NCBI GenBank assembly: GCA_022601395.1
Contig: JAJACS010000005.1
Span: 4,825 to 68,824 of the forward strand
Length of the DNA: 64,000 nucleotides
Direction: 5' to 3'
From: Chlamydiia bacterium
Lineage (GTDB): Bacteria; Chlamydiota; Chlamydiia; Chlamydiales; GCA-2402025
Of the stretch, positions 36,864-47,080 are shown piece after piece. Below the pieces are notes generated by a model that saw only the letters and a program-made list of their open reading frames with translations, was not told the origin of the DNA and made no database searches. Positions within the stretch are counted from its first letter, which is position 1. The number at the start of each line of letters is the position of its first letter. The position numbers and the translations under genes were made by a program.

Positions 36864-39347
36864 ATGTCTTATACCAAAGGTGAAAAGATATTACCTCGTA
36901 ATGTCGAAGATGAGATGAAGGAAAGTTACCTTCGTTACTCGATGTCTGTCATTATCTCTAGAGCTCTTCCCGACGTACGTGATGGTTTAAAACCTTCGCA
37001 AAGAAGAATCTTGTTTGCGATGAGACAATTGAATTTATCTCCTGGAGCGAAACACCGTAAATGCGCAAAGATTTGTGGAGACACCTCTGGTGACTTTCAC
37101 CCACACGGTGAATCTGTTATATACCCAACGCTTGTAAGGATGGCACAGGGTTGGGTAACAAGATACCCGCTTATCCAAGGTCAAGGTAACTTCGGTTCGG
37201 TTGACGGAGATCCACCGGCTGCCATGCGTTATACGGAAGCTCGTCTTACTCGTCCTTCCATGGGTCTTATGGAAGACTTAGATAAGGAAACTGTTGATTA
37301 TGTTCCTAACTATGATGAGACCAAGAAAGAGCCGACTGTTTTTCCATCTAAATTCCCGAATCTTCTTTGTAACGGTTCTTCTGGTATTGCTGTTGGTATG
37401 GCAACAAACATTCCTCCTCACAACCTAAATGAGCTGATTGCTGCGACTCTTCTTGTTATTGATAATCCAGCAACGACAATTGATCAGATCATGGAAGTGA
37501 TGCCAGCTCCTGACTTTCCAACAGGTGGAGTGATCTGTGGATATAGAGGGATTAAAGAAGCTTACCATACTGGTAGAGGAAAGCTTACTTTAAGAGGCTT
37601 GATTCATACAGAAGATAGAGAAGGTAATGATAGACAACGTCTTGTTATCGATGAGATACCATACAACGTGAACAAGTCTAGACTCATTGAAAAGGTAGCA
37701 GACCTTATCAATGAAAAGACGATCACAGGTATAGCAGATATTAGAGATGAGTCCGATAAAGACGGAATGCGTATCTCACTTGATCTTAAGCGTGGTGAAC
37801 TTCCAGATGTGATCATCAATCAGCTTTATAAGTACACTGACATGCAAGTGACTTTTGGCTGTATTATGCTAGCTCTTGATAAGGGTCTTCCAAGAACAAT
37901 GACGATCAAGCAGATGATCAGTTCTTGGGTTGAGCATAGAATTGATGTTGTAAGAAGACGTACTCGTTATGAACTCAAGAAAGCAGAAGCTAGAGCTCAT
38001 GTTTTAGAAGGTTATTTAAAAGCACTAGACCATCTTGACGAAGTTGTTAAGTTGATTAGAGCAAGTGACACGAAAGATATAGCAAAGAAGCAACTTGTTG
38101 AACGCTTTGAAATGTCCGAGAAACAAGCTACAGCTGTTCTTGAGCTAAGACTTTATCAACTTACAGGCCTTGAAAGAGAGAAAATTGAAAACGAGTTCAG
38201 AGAGTTGCAAGAGAAGATTAAGCATCTCAAAGCGATTCTAGCTAGCGAAGGTCTAGTTCGAGACATTATTAAAGAAGAACTTTCTGAAGTTCAAAAACAT
38301 GAGAAGTCAGAAAGAAAGACAAGGATTACAGCTGCAGAAGGCGAGTTCCAGATGGAAGATTTAATTCCTGATGAACCTGTTTTAATTGCAGTATCTTCCG
38401 ATGATTATATCAAGCGCATGCCTATTGATTCCTTTAGAGATCAAAGAAGAGGCGGTCAGGGTGTCATTGGTATGGATATGAAGAAAGAGTCTGATCAGCT
38501 TAAAGACATCTATGTGGCGTCGACTCATGACAACCTTATGATCTTTACAAGCTACGGTAGATGTTACTGGTTGAAAGTGTGGCAACTGCCAGAAGCTGGT
38601 AGACGTTCTAAAGGTAAGCCAATTATTAACTTCCTTGATGGTGTAAGTAAAGATGAGCAAGTAGCTGCAATCTTAAGAGTAAAATCTTTTGAGGAAGAAA
38701 ATGCTTATATACTTCTTGCTACAAAGCAGGGTGTTGTAAAGAAGACAGCATTAGGTGCTTTTAGCTCTCCAAGAAAGAAGGGTGTTTTTGCAATCAACAT
38801 CGATGATGGTGATGAGGTGATGGAAGCAAGAATTGTTCATGAAGAAGAGCAAGTAATGCTTTTCACAAAGAATGGTATGGCAGTTCGCTTTGACCAGTCT
38901 CAAGTAAGAACAGTTGGAAGAGTCGCAAGAGGCGTTCGAGGAGTATCGCTTAAAGGTGATGATGACAAAGTCGTTTCTTGTGAAGTTGTGAAAGGTGAAG
39001 AAGAAACACTTCTTGTTGTTTGTGAACATGGATATGGTAAACGATCAAAAGTAGACCACTTCAGACAGACAAATAGAGGTGGCGTTGGAGTACGATCAAT
39101 CATCACAAGCAAGCGTAATGGTCACGTTGTTGGAGCTATTAAAGTAACGGATTTAGATAGTGTTGTTATGATGTCAAATCATGGGCAAACACTACGTATC
39201 CGAATGGAAGATGTACGCGTAATGGGTAGGTCAACGCAAGGTGTAAGACTTGTGAACCTAAAAGTTGATGATATCCTCGTAGTTGTTCAAAGAATTGAAA
39301 ACATTCAAGTACAAAGTTCTAAAGAGAGTGAAAAGAAAAGCACATAA
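36864..39347 (+). CDS. gyrA: DNA gyrase subunit A
   Basis: 827 aa. [30 protein letters not shown], an active-site region [10 protein letters not shown], and C-terminal beta-pinwheel repeats. Confidence 0.98.
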   Translation: MSYTKGEKILPRNVEDEMKESYLRYSMSVIISRALPDVRDGLKPSQRRILFAMRQLNLSPGAKHRKCAKICGDTSGDFHPHGESVIYPTLVRMAQGWVTRYPLIQGQGNFGSVDGDPPAAMRYTEARLTRPSMGLMEDLDKETVDYVPNYDETKKEPTVFPSKFPNLLCNGSSGIAVGMATNIPPHNLNELIAATLLVIDNPATTIDQIMEVMPAPDFPTGGVICGYRGIKEAYHTGRGKLTLRGLIHTEDREGNDRQRLVIDEIPYNVNKSRLIEKVADLINEKTITGIADIRDESDKDGMRISLDLKRGELPDVIINQLYKYTDMQVTFGCIMLALDKGLPRTMTIKQMISSWVEHRIDVVRRRTRYELKKAEARAHVLEGYLKALDHLDEVVKLIRASDTKDIAKKQLVERFEMSEKQATAVLELRLYQLTGLEREKIENEFRELQEKIKHLKAILASEGLVRDIIKEELSEVQKHEKSERKTRITAAEGEFQMEDLIPDEPVLIAVSSDDYIKRMPIDSFRDQRRGGQGVIGMDMKKESDQLKDIYVASTHDNLMIFTSYGRCYWLKVWQLPEAGRRSKGKPIINFLDGVSKDEQVAAILRVKSFEEENAYILLATKQGVVKKTALGAFSSPRKKGVFAINIDDGDEVMEARIVHEEEQVMLFTKNGMAVRFDQSQVRTVGRVARGVRGVSLKGDDDKVVSCEVVKGEEETLLVVCEHGYGKRSKVDHFRQTNRGGVGVRSIITSKRNGHVVGAIKVTDLDSVVMMSNHGQTLRIRMEDVRVMGRSTQGVRLVNLKVDDILVVVQRIENIQVQSSKESEKKST

Positions 39348-40002
39348 TTCTGGATTATTTCTCACTCTTGAAGGGGGAGAGGGTAGTGGAAAGACAACTC
39401 TTTCCCAAAAGCTCTATGATCATTTGATAGGGAAGGGATGTTCCGTCCTATTAACTAGAGCTCCGGGTGGAACGGAGCTTGGAAAATCTATTAGAGAAAT
39501 TCTCCTTCATAAAGAATCGATAGAATTGAATAAATTCTCAGAATTGCTTCTCTTTCTTGCAGATAGAGCGCAGCATGTACACGAAGTGATCATGCCTGCT
39601 CTAAATAAAGGTCAGATTGTTCTGTGTGACCGTTTCAATGACTCAACAATTGCTTATCAGGGGGCTGCTAGAGATTCTTTTTCTCCTACCTATGTTGAAG
39701 AATTATGTCTATTCGCAACGGAAAATCTTGTTCCTGATCTTACATTTTACTTAGATCTAGACCCAAAGGTTGGGTTAAAAAGAGCGAATGATGCCATATT
39801 GAAAGATGGAAAAAACTCATATGATCGCCTTGAAAAAGAAGAGCTGGTTTTTCATAAGAAAGTGAGAGATGGTTATCTTAGTCTTGCAAAGAAATATAGT
39901 GATCGCATCGTAACGATCGATGCAGAGACAGCGCAAGATAAAGTATTTCAAGAAGTTGCGGAAATTACTGATAAAAAATTACTCGAGGTTTCATGCACGT
40001 AG
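39283..40002 (+). CDS. tmk: Thymidylate kinase
   Basis: P-loop LEGGEGSGKTT, DRFNDSTIAYQG and a LID region. The true start is more likely the in-frame GTG at 39328 (about 10 aa before the P-loop) than ATG 39283, which lies 65 nt inside gyrA. Confidence 0.9.
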   Translation: MFKELKTFKYKVLKRVKRKAHNSGLFLTLEGGEGSGKTTLSQKLYDHLIGKGCSVLLTRAPGGTELGKSIREILLHKESIELNKFSELLLFLADRAQHVHEVIMPALNKGQIVLCDRFNDSTIAYQGAARDSFSPTYVEELCLFATENLVPDLTFYLDLDPKVGLKRANDAILKDGKNSYDRLEKEELVFHKKVRDGYLSLAKKYSDRIVTIDAETAQDKVFQEVAEITDKKLLEVSCT

Positions 40003-40964
40003 AAGAGCACCAAAGTGAAAGATATTTGGATTTTCTAAGACGTGATAATATGCCTCATTCTTTTATGTTTCTTGGCGCTCCTGGTTCGATGAAAGATTAC
40101 CATGCGATTGAGTTTGCTAAAGAAATAATCAAAAAAAATGACAAAAATCCCCATGCACAAAAGAAGCTAGAGCAAGGCCAGCACCCAGATTTTAGAATCA
40201 TTCAGCTAGAGCCAAAGGCAAGTTACCACCCGGTTGCTAGCATCAAGAAAACATTGGATGAGATAACAGCGAATCCTTTTGAATCCTCTGTTCGTGTGAT
40301 TGTAATTTTTGATGCAGATAAGATGCTTCCTCCTGCTGCGAATGCTCTTCTTAAGACACTTGAAGAACCAGTATCTAGTACGGTATTTATATTGCTGGGA
40401 AGTTCAGAGTCGAGCTTTTTGCAGACAATTTCATCAAGATGTACAAAAATTCTCTTCCAGCTTTTTACAAAAGATCAGCTAGAGAAACAGCTTATGGAAT
40501 CAGAGCATGTAAGCCTCGAGGTTGCAAAAGCTATAGCAAAGTATAGTTTTGGAAGTTTAGATGCCGCAAAGAGCTTAGTAAAGCTACAGCGGCCTTATCC
40601 ACAGGAGCTCTTTGTTGATTTTCTAAAGGATTTAGACCTTCTTTCTTATAATGGCTTTCAAACAAAATACGATCTTTTTGACAAAGCTCTTGCTAAGGCT
40701 ACAAATTTATCGAATGAGGAAGTGTTTGCGATCTTTCTTAAATGGATAAGAGATGTTTTTTGTATAAGTGCATGTAAAACAGGGGATTATCTCTACTTTG
40801 ATGATGATCAAGAGCAACTTCTACGTCAGTCTCAGAAATTCACTGTGAGTTTTGATGATATAGTAGAACTCTTGCTGTCTGTAAAAAGTGCAAACCTTTG
40901 TAATGTAAAGCTTAAATCGTGCGTAGAAGCACTTTATTTAGAACTTCATAAAAAGAGCGCATGA
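39993..40964 (+). CDS. holB: DNA polymerase III delta' subunit
   Basis: 323 aa. HSFMFLGAPGSMK (degenerate P-loop), ANALLKTLEEP and SRC sensor motifs. A 10-nt overlap with tmk matches the usual tmk-holB pairing. Confidence 0.85.
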   Translation: MHVEEHQSERYLDFLRRDNMPHSFMFLGAPGSMKDYHAIEFAKEIIKKNDKNPHAQKKLEQGQHPDFRIIQLEPKASYHPVASIKKTLDEITANPFESSVRVIVIFDADKMLPPAANALLKTLEEPVSSTVFILLGSSESSFLQTISSRCTKILFQLFTKDQLEKQLMESEHVSLEVAKAIAKYSFGSLDAAKSLVKLQRPYPQELFVDFLKDLDLLSYNGFQTKYDLFDKALAKATNLSNEEVFAIFLKWIRDVFCISACKTGDYLYFDDDQEQLLRQSQKFTVSFDDIVELLLSVKSANLCNVKLKSCVEALYLELHKKSA

Positions 40965-41648
40965 GCCTAGGTTGTTTCCGACAAATTTCGTGCGGATCTC
41001 ATCCTGTGGTATCACTACAAATTCAGCTGATTGCGATTTCCCATCATATCTTGGTTCTGTAACAACAAGAGTTGTTACAACATCTTTTTGTATTTTTCTT
41101 GGGTTATTTCTAAAGATGATGAAAGCTCCGATAGGTTCTTTGCTATCGCTCCAGTTATCTAGAAAGTCTTCTATGTCAACAGAGCTTGTGTTAGCGTGTT
41201 CTCCATCTTTAAAAGCGATCGCATTGTTACCAATACCATTCATTGTTAGGAGATAAGCGTTATCTCTTCCTTTAATAGGCATTAAAGATACGTTATTTCC
41301 TCTTACGAAGTAGAGGTCGCCACCTTTATTGAAGTACTCTTTGATCCTCTCTTTATGGTAGAACGGCTTCTTTTTTGTTGTCTCAGGTGGTTCATTATTG
41401 TCTGGCACCTGCATGTCATTATTGCTGCTACCAGATCCTCTATCTTGTTGATAATAATCGTTTTGTGCGATTTGATTTGGAGTGTTGCTTGCTGCAGCAA
41501 AGACATGCTCTTCTGCTCTTTCTGCATCAAACTGTGTGCGTAAATATGATGTGAGCTTATCAAATGAGGATGAGACTTTATCGCAAGATCCACAGATAAA
41601 TAGACTTGAGACTAATAGAGTTTGAAGAAGGTATTTGTGGTTTTTCAT
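40938..41648 (-). CDS. Hypothetical exported protein (possible lipoprotein)
   Basis: MKNHKYLLQTLLVSSLFICGSCD is a signal sequence, with a GGAGG Shine-Dalgarno 5 nt upstream of ATG 41648. No recognisable domain. Its 3' end overlaps the holB end by 27 nt. Confidence 0.5.
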   Translation of the reverse strand: MKNHKYLLQTLLVSSLFICGSCDKVSSSFDKLTSYLRTQFDAERAEEHVFAAASNTPNQIAQNDYYQQDRGSGSSNNDMQVPDNNEPPETTKKKPFYHKERIKEYFNKGGDLYFVRGNNVSLMPIKGRDNAYLLTMNGIGNNAIAFKDGEHANTSSVDIEDFLDNWSDSKEPIGAFIIFRNNPRKIQKDVVTTLVVTEPRYDGKSQSAEFVVIPQDEIRTKFVGNNLGSCALFMKF

Positions 41649-41835
41649 AACTCCCTCCATTTGAGCATAGATCACCTTAAGTTCCTTCTAACAAACATGG
41701 AATTATTTGAATAGTTATTCCTGGAAATAAAAACTTTTGAGCATTATAATTTTCGAAATTTTTGCGGAATTTAGTTGTATTACTAAGCTTTCAAATTGAT
41801 TGCGAAACTGAAATGAAAACTGAAAAGGAGTTTAA

Positions 41836-42300
41836 ATGAAAGTTGCTAAAACCTCTTCAAGAGCTTTATTACTTGAACGATCTAAGAATCTAGAATTGAA
41901 AAGTACACTTGCTAGAATAACCGTTACAAATTCCACTACAAAAGATGTAACTACTGTTGATTTAACTGATCTTTTTTGGGATAAAGATGGAGTGGCAAAG
42001 AGTATGCTAGTTATTTCTACAAATACGACGTTAGGACCTGTTTTAGAACAGCCTGACCCCACTGATACAGAGGTTTATGCTGTAGCAAAAGCCATCACGG
42101 GTCTTTTTGGAAGTACAAAAGTGGTTGTTTTTTCAAAGAATGCGGATGAATCGTCTTTTTGGAATAAATTTGGATTTGTTAAAGCAAACCGAGAAGATGG
42201 TAAATGTACGCAGATGACTATGGATAAAACCTGTCTTATAGCTTGGAAGGGAGTGTTTGAAAAAGTAGTAAGTGATAGATCGGCAGTTTCTACAGCATGA
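41836..42300 (+). CDS. Hypothetical protein (faint GNAT-like C-terminal motif)
   Basis: 154 aa with an AAAGGAG Shine-Dalgarno upstream. VVVFSKNADESSFWNKFGFVKA resembles the ...N..A..FYEK.GF end of GNAT folds, but the acetyl-CoA motif is not evident. Confidence 0.35.
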   Translation: MKVAKTSSRALLLERSKNLELKSTLARITVTNSTTKDVTTVDLTDLFWDKDGVAKSMLVISTNTTLGPVLEQPDPTDTEVYAVAKAITGLFGSTKVVVFSKNADESSFWNKFGFVKANREDGKCTQMTMDKTCLIAWKGVFEKVVSDRSAVSTA

Positions 42301-42325
42301 CAGTAGTTTCATCAATGCAGCAGTC

Positions 42326-42715
42326 TTAGAGATTATCCTGCTCGATTAGCTCGATGCTATAGCCGTCTGGATCTTTTACAAAAGCAATTACACTTTTGCT
42401 CCCACTTAAAGGTCCAGGTTTTCTTGATACAGTACCACCTTTGGCCTCAATTTCTTCACAGACCTTATAGATGCCAGATACACCGATTGCGAAATGGCCA
42501 AAATAGGATCCATGCTCATACTTTCTATTATCCCAGTTATGAGTAAGCTCTATTGCATGGCTCTTACTTTCATCATCATACCCAAGAAAGACAAGGGTAA
42601 ATTTTCCGCTTTCATAATCTTTACGCCTTAAGATACGCATGTTGAGAACTTTTGTATAAAACTCTACTGATTTTTCTAAATTCTCAACTCGTAGCATGGT
42701 GTGTAAAAGACGCAT
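42326..42715 (-). CDS. gloA: Lactoylglutathione lyase (glyoxalase I)
   Basis: 129 aa. MRLLHTMLRVENLEKSVEFYTKVLNM, ELTHNWD, and GHFAIGV...DPDGYSIELIE match the short GloA form end to end. Confidence 0.92.
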   Translation of the reverse strand: MRLLHTMLRVENLEKSVEFYTKVLNMRILRRKDYESGKFTLVFLGYDDESKSHAIELTHNWDNRKYEHGSYFGHFAIGVSGIYKVCEEIEAKGGTVSRKPGPLSGSKSVIAFVKDPDGYSIELIEQDNL

Positions 42716-42866
42716 GGGTACCTCTTAGTTCATATATTTATCTATCTTTTTAAATGATTCCGAAAGAGAAGTACAGAAGAAAGACCTGCAATTCTGTTGT
42801 AGATTATATCGAAATATTCTATACCCTTATCCTTTAAGAATTTTTGCAAAGCAAAGAGGATTTACT

Positions 42867-43448
42867 ATGACATTTAAAAGACCTGACTTACCATATGACT
42901 TGGGCGACCTTGCTCCTTTTGTATCAGAAGAGCAGATGGATTATCACTATAACAAACATCACGAGGCTTATTTTAAGAAATTAAATGGTCTTGTGGATGG
43001 TAAACCTGAATCTGAGATGGATCTAAAAGAGCTTGTAAAGCAGTCACAGGGTGGAGTGTTCAATAACGCAGCCCAGGCTTGGAATCATTCGTTCTTTTGG
43101 GACTGCATGTCTCCTTCAGGAGGCACTGGACCAAAAGGTGATATCCTTGCTGCTATTGAGAAGGACTTCGGAGGTGTAGATGCGTTTAAAAAAGAGCTTT
43201 CTCAGAAAGCTGCGACGCTTTTTGGATCTGGATGGGCATGGCTTGCAAAAGATGCATCTGGAAAACTTGAGATTATGCCACTTAGCAATGCTGACACTCC
43301 TTTAAAGCATGGGAAAGAGCCGATACTTACTCTTGATGTATGGGAGCATGCTTACTATATTGATTACAGAAACGAAAGACCAAAGTTCATTGAGAAATTC
43401 TTTGAAGTGATCAACTGGGATTTTGTCGAGAAGTGTTTTAAAGCTTAA
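42867..43448 (+). CDS. sodB: Superoxide dismutase (Fe type)
   Basis: 193 aa. LPYDLGDLAPF, HYNKHH, NNAAQAWNHSFFW (Fe-type Gln position) and DVWEHAYYIDY. Confidence 0.95.
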   Translation: MTFKRPDLPYDLGDLAPFVSEEQMDYHYNKHHEAYFKKLNGLVDGKPESEMDLKELVKQSQGGVFNNAAQAWNHSFFWDCMSPSGGTGPKGDILAAIEKDFGGVDAFKKELSQKAATLFGSGWAWLAKDASGKLEIMPLSNADTPLKHGKEPILTLDVWEHAYYIDYRNERPKFIEKFFEVINWDFVEKCFKA

Positions 43449-43455
43449 TAAAGCT

Positions 43456-45009
43456 TTAAGATTTTTCTTTTATTTTATGCTGAACCTTTGTGATTAAGTT
43501 CACAAAGGTTTCTTTTTTTTCAGAGAAGGCTTCTAAAAGATCTTTTTCAAAGCTTTTAAGGCTTTCATCTTCATAGTGTTTAAGAGCGCGATATGTCAGA
43601 TTTTCTAAGTGGTAGTTTGCGTTGTAGTTTTGTAGTAGATGCTCATTTAGTAGGTTGAAATCAGATAGGGCATTGTTAAAGCTCTTAGATACTTCGTTAA
43701 CGCTTGAGTTTTCAGTTATCGATTGCTTTAGGTATAGGTAAGCTTTTGGGGCTATTTTTTCTGAAAGGGAAAGCAGTCCATTAAAAAGTGTTTCGTTGTG
43801 CTGAAGCATATCATAGAAATACACTTTCTTAAGAGAAATTGCCTCTGTGAGTGAGAGGTTGCCTCTGATGCCAACAGGGCTTTCACTAAGAGAGAGTAAC
43901 TTTGTGAAATGTTCGTGTTTTAGAAACCCTGTATGAATAATCCTAAGAGTTTTCCCATTATTGGAGACATCTATAGGACAAATTTTGTTATCAAAGTAGA
44001 GCTCGATTTTTGAGATGCCGAACGTTTGAAAAAGCTCTGGAGTTTTTTTAATAGTATCAAGAGCAGTTAGAAACTTCCCTATATCCATTGTAAGGATATC
44101 CATGTTCTTTAAGTCTTCTTTGTAGTGGCTAAGTACAAGCATTAGGTAGAGGTAATACCCTCTATTTGTATCAAGGTAGGCTACAAACAACCTTGTGCTT
44201 TTTTTATATGTCTCTTTGTCCAAGCTTTTGAAAATCAAAGAATTTAAATTTTTTGGGAATGGAACATTTTTCATCTTTTTATCAAGGTCTGGATCTAAGA
44301 ATAAGCCCTTTTCTAAAAAATGTAGCCCTAAGCATCGTGTGTCTGTTTTGGGATGAAAGTCTTTAGAGTTAATAAACCCGTATTCTCCTACAGATTCAAA
44401 AATGGGAAAGGGTTTTTTTGATTTTTCCTTGTAGACCCTTTGTTTTAGTTCGTCAAAAAACGAAAAATAGGTTGGAATTTGTAGAACAACAGTTGCGTTT
44501 CTAAGAAGATCGAAAAGGTTTTTATCAAGCTTTTCTATCTCTAGATCATTCTTAAGAACATAGCGATATACATACCAAGGATCTTTTATCTGATCGTGGG
44601 AGAATTTTGCCTGTTTGTGGATAAAGGTCACGAGTGAGAATTTGAAGCCTGGAAAGAGCGACTTTAGAAGTGAGTAAGTTGTTTTCTGTGCATAAAGGTC
44701 TCCAAGACCATCAGGGATAACATGAGTTAAGATCACGATATGGTGCTTTTGATTCAGCTTTGTGTTTCTATAGAGGCTAAGAAGAGCGCTATCTACAAAC
44801 CGTTTTCTTAAGGTTTTTTGGCATGAAAACTCTTCTTTTATAAATGAGTTGCTTGGGAACCCTGGCTTTGAGCATTTTGGGAGGCCTTGATAAACTCTTG
44901 GGTACGTTTTTAGAGGGAGTTTGAGCTTTTTATATGTAGCGATAGAAACAGCGTTTTTAATGTCTTCTTCTAGCTGAGCATGGTAGAGAACTTCGGAAAA
45001 ATCATTCAT
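43456..45009 (-). CDS. Hypothetical protein; possible GT-B-fold glycosyltransferase-like protein (EarP/GT9-reminiscent motifs)
   Basis: 517 aa, soluble. VIPDGLGDLY (D100-x-x-G-D104) resembles the EarP DNYGD motif. LRIIHTGFLKHEHFTKLLSLSESPVGIRGNLSLTEAISLKK resembles the EarP ...PF..Q..YD.LLW.CD.N.VRGEDS.VRA.WAG.P block, but with Asn-Leu where EarP has Glu-Asp. The start overlaps the upstream stop (TAATG). Confidence 0.35.
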   Translation of the reverse strand: MNDFSEVLYHAQLEEDIKNAVSIATYKKLKLPLKTYPRVYQGLPKCSKPGFPSNSFIKEEFSCQKTLRKRFVDSALLSLYRNTKLNQKHHIVILTHVIPDGLGDLYAQKTTYSLLKSLFPGFKFSLVTFIHKQAKFSHDQIKDPWYVYRYVLKNDLEIEKLDKNLFDLLRNATVVLQIPTYFSFFDELKQRVYKEKSKKPFPIFESVGEYGFINSKDFHPKTDTRCLGLHFLEKGLFLDPDLDKKMKNVPFPKNLNSLIFKSLDKETYKKSTRLFVAYLDTNRGYYLYLMLVLSHYKEDLKNMDILTMDIGKFLTALDTIKKTPELFQTFGISKIELYFDNKICPIDVSNNGKTLRIIHTGFLKHEHFTKLLSLSESPVGIRGNLSLTEAISLKKVYFYDMLQHNETLFNGLLSLSEKIAPKAYLYLKQSITENSSVNEVSKSFNNALSDFNLLNEHLLQNYNANYHLENLTYRALKHYEDESLKSFEKDLLEAFSEKKETFVNLITKVQHKIKEKS

Positions 45010-46028
45010 TAACGATTAATCATATTGAAAAGGTTTCTGTAAAATTCCTCTTGCCGGATATATGTGCATACTTCAACGGTGTTGCCTTCATTAGACTCCA
45101 CCAGCTTACCAAAGCTTGGTCCTTCTTCTGTGATCACTTTAAGCGAAAGTTTAACTGTTTTAATCATTTCAGGGTGAATGATAGCCATAATGCCGACCAT
45201 GTCCCAGGCGGGTGTAAGAGTCTTTTCTTTTTTCTTCTTAACGGAGTTTTTGAGAACATTCATCACAAATTCAGCGCCAGGATTTGTGGGTTTTTGCTCA
45301 TACTTGTCGATGACAAGTTTATTTATTGGTATTAGGTTTGTGATATCGAGAGGTATGAGAGTGATAGGGATACCTGAGGTAAAGACGATATTAGAAGCGC
45401 ATGGGTCTACAGCGAGGTTATAAGAAGCTGTTGCTTTCCAACGAACATCATATGGAATTGTAACACTTTCAGTTGTATGCAAAGCCCCACCAAGTAAGAC
45501 AATTCTTTCGATTCTATCTAAAGCATCTGGGTATTCTGAGATGAAGTGGGCTATGTTGTTTAGTGGGCCATATCCAAGAAGAGTAACCTTACTCTTTGAC
45601 TTTTTAATAAGATCATACATGAGCTCAGGGCTTGTCAAAGGTAGTGGTTTTGCAGGGCTTTTAGGGAGCTTATATGCTTCTGGGCTTCTTACAAGAATAT
45701 TCCAATCAATCTTTACCTTGTTGTTTACACAAAAGTTGGAGGATAGAATGCTGGAAACAGGTATATCTGTTCTATTTGCTAGGTAAAGCACATTTTCAGC
45801 AAGCTCCGGTGCTTTCTCAATATGAACAGCTTTCGAGCCGTTAATGGAGACTCCTATAAGGTCAGCTCTTTTTGTCTTTGCTAAAAGATATAGGGTATAA
45901 AGGTCGTTTGCATCCATCTCAGCATCAAAGATAACTTGAGGCTTTTTAAAGAGATTTCCAGAAAAATCGCATGAGCTTACGAGAAGAGAAGTGATGCATA
46001 TAAGGGTATAAAAAAAGGGACGCTTCAA
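45009..46028 (-). CDS. Inosine-uridine-preferring nucleoside hydrolase (IUNH) family lipoprotein, divergent active site
   Basis: 339 aa. Signal peptide plus lipobox (LLVSSC). GYGPLNNIAHFISEYP, VLLGGAL, YNLAVDPCASNIVF, LIPLDITN and WDMVGI match the IUNH core. The N-terminal DxDxxxDD motif reads DAEMDAND. Confidence 0.72.
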   Translation of the reverse strand: MKRPFFYTLICITSLLVSSCDFSGNLFKKPQVIFDAEMDANDLYTLYLLAKTKRADLIGVSINGSKAVHIEKAPELAENVLYLANRTDIPVSSILSSNFCVNNKVKIDWNILVRSPEAYKLPKSPAKPLPLTSPELMYDLIKKSKSKVTLLGYGPLNNIAHFISEYPDALDRIERIVLLGGALHTTESVTIPYDVRWKATASYNLAVDPCASNIVFTSGIPITLIPLDITNLIPINKLVIDKYEQKPTNPGAEFVMNVLKNSVKKKKEKTLTPAWDMVGIMAIIHPEMIKTVKLSLKVITEEGPSFGKLVESNEGNTVEVCTYIRQEEFYRNLFNMINR

Positions 46029-46045
46029 GGCTAAATTCCTACAGT

Positions 46046-47080
46046 CTATTTAGATTTCATACTATTGAAAAAAGATTTATAAAACAAATCTTGATTTATC
46101 TCTGTGCAGACCTCTACTTCTGAGCCATCATAATTTACTGACGTCTTTCCAAAGTTGGGCCCTTGTGTTGTATCAACAACGAGATTGAGCTTTCTTGTTT
46201 TGAACATACCTGGCTCAACAAGGTAGGCTGCTGCAACAGCATCCCAAAACATAAGCTTAACATCTTCATAGTTATTGATGACATTGCGCATAAGCTCTTT
46301 CACGAACCTTCCTGTTTCAGAAGTTAAGTAGGAACGGTATTCGTCTAATATCTGATTATTAAGAGGGAGAGTATCTGTTACATCTAGAGGACACAGCACC
46401 TTGGGGATATCTGTTTGGAAGACGACTTCTGCGCTACATGGATCAAGGGCTATGTTATATTCTGCGGTATTGTTCAAGTAGCCATTAAACTCAGTGTTGA
46501 TATTGCCAGCCACGGAAAGGGCGCCGCCCATGATTACGATTTTTTCTATTTTTCCATGAAGGTAGGGGTAGTTGAAAAGAAACTCGGCAACATTATTAAG
46601 CGCTGTAATACACAGAAGAGTTACTTTACTATCTGCTCTTAGAACTCTTTCTGCTATGAGTTCTGATCCAGAAATTTGCTTAGGCTTTTTAGGGCTGTTT
46701 TTCAGATGGACTCCAAAGAGTTTTTTCTCATCAAGAAGCCATGCTCTTGGAACAGACCCTTTATGGCACATGCCGGTGTTTGAGGTGGAAGAAATAGGAA
46801 TGTAGGGCATTTGTACATATGCTAGATAGTTTGCAAGGTTACGTATGCCTGCATCAAGGTAGCAAAACCCGATGCCTGATACGACAAGAGCGTCGAGAGA
46901 AATATATGGGCTTTCTAGAAGGTATGAAATAGCAAGAAAGTCATCAAAAAAAGCATCTGTTATGACAACCACGTGTTTTGTCTCAGGTGCTTTTATTTCA
47001 GCCTTTGAGCAGCTAAAGAAGCTAAAGCAAAGTATAGTTAAACTAAGAGCTTTTTTCAGGGAATCCCACAACAGCTTCAT
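46046..47080 (-). CDS. IUNH-family nucleoside hydrolase-like lipoprotein, paralog of the downstream gene
   Basis: 344 aa. Signal peptide with a Cys (CFSFFSCS). ITALNNVAEFLFNYP, VIMGGAL, AEYNIALDPCSAEVVF, LCPLDVTD and FWDAVAA are present. The N-terminal motif reads ITDAFFDD. Confidence 0.72.
   Translation of the reverse strand: MKLLWDSLKKALSLTILCFSFFSCSKAEIKAPETKHVVVITDAFFDDFLAISYLLESPYISLDALVVSGIGFCYLDAGIRNLANYLAYVQMPYIPISSTSNTGMCHKGSVPRAWLLDEKKLFGVHLKNSPKKPKQISGSELIAERVLRADSKVTLLCITALNNVAEFLFNYPYLHGKIEKIVIMGGALSVAGNINTEFNGYLNNTAEYNIALDPCSAEVVFQTDIPKVLCPLDVTDTLPLNNQILDEYRSYLTSETGRFVKELMRNVINNYEDVKLMFWDAVAAAYLVEPGMFKTRKLNLVVDTTQGPNFGKTSVNYDGSEVEVCTEINQDLFYKSFFNSMKSK

Noticed and set aside
39283-39327. 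ATG 39283 as the tmk start (239-aa track ORF)
   Set aside because: That start would add ~25 non-conserved residues encoded inside the gyrA 3' end. The in-frame GTG at 39328 gives the usual ~10-residue spacing before the P-loop. I kept the longer coordinates in the feature table and flagged the likely shorter start.
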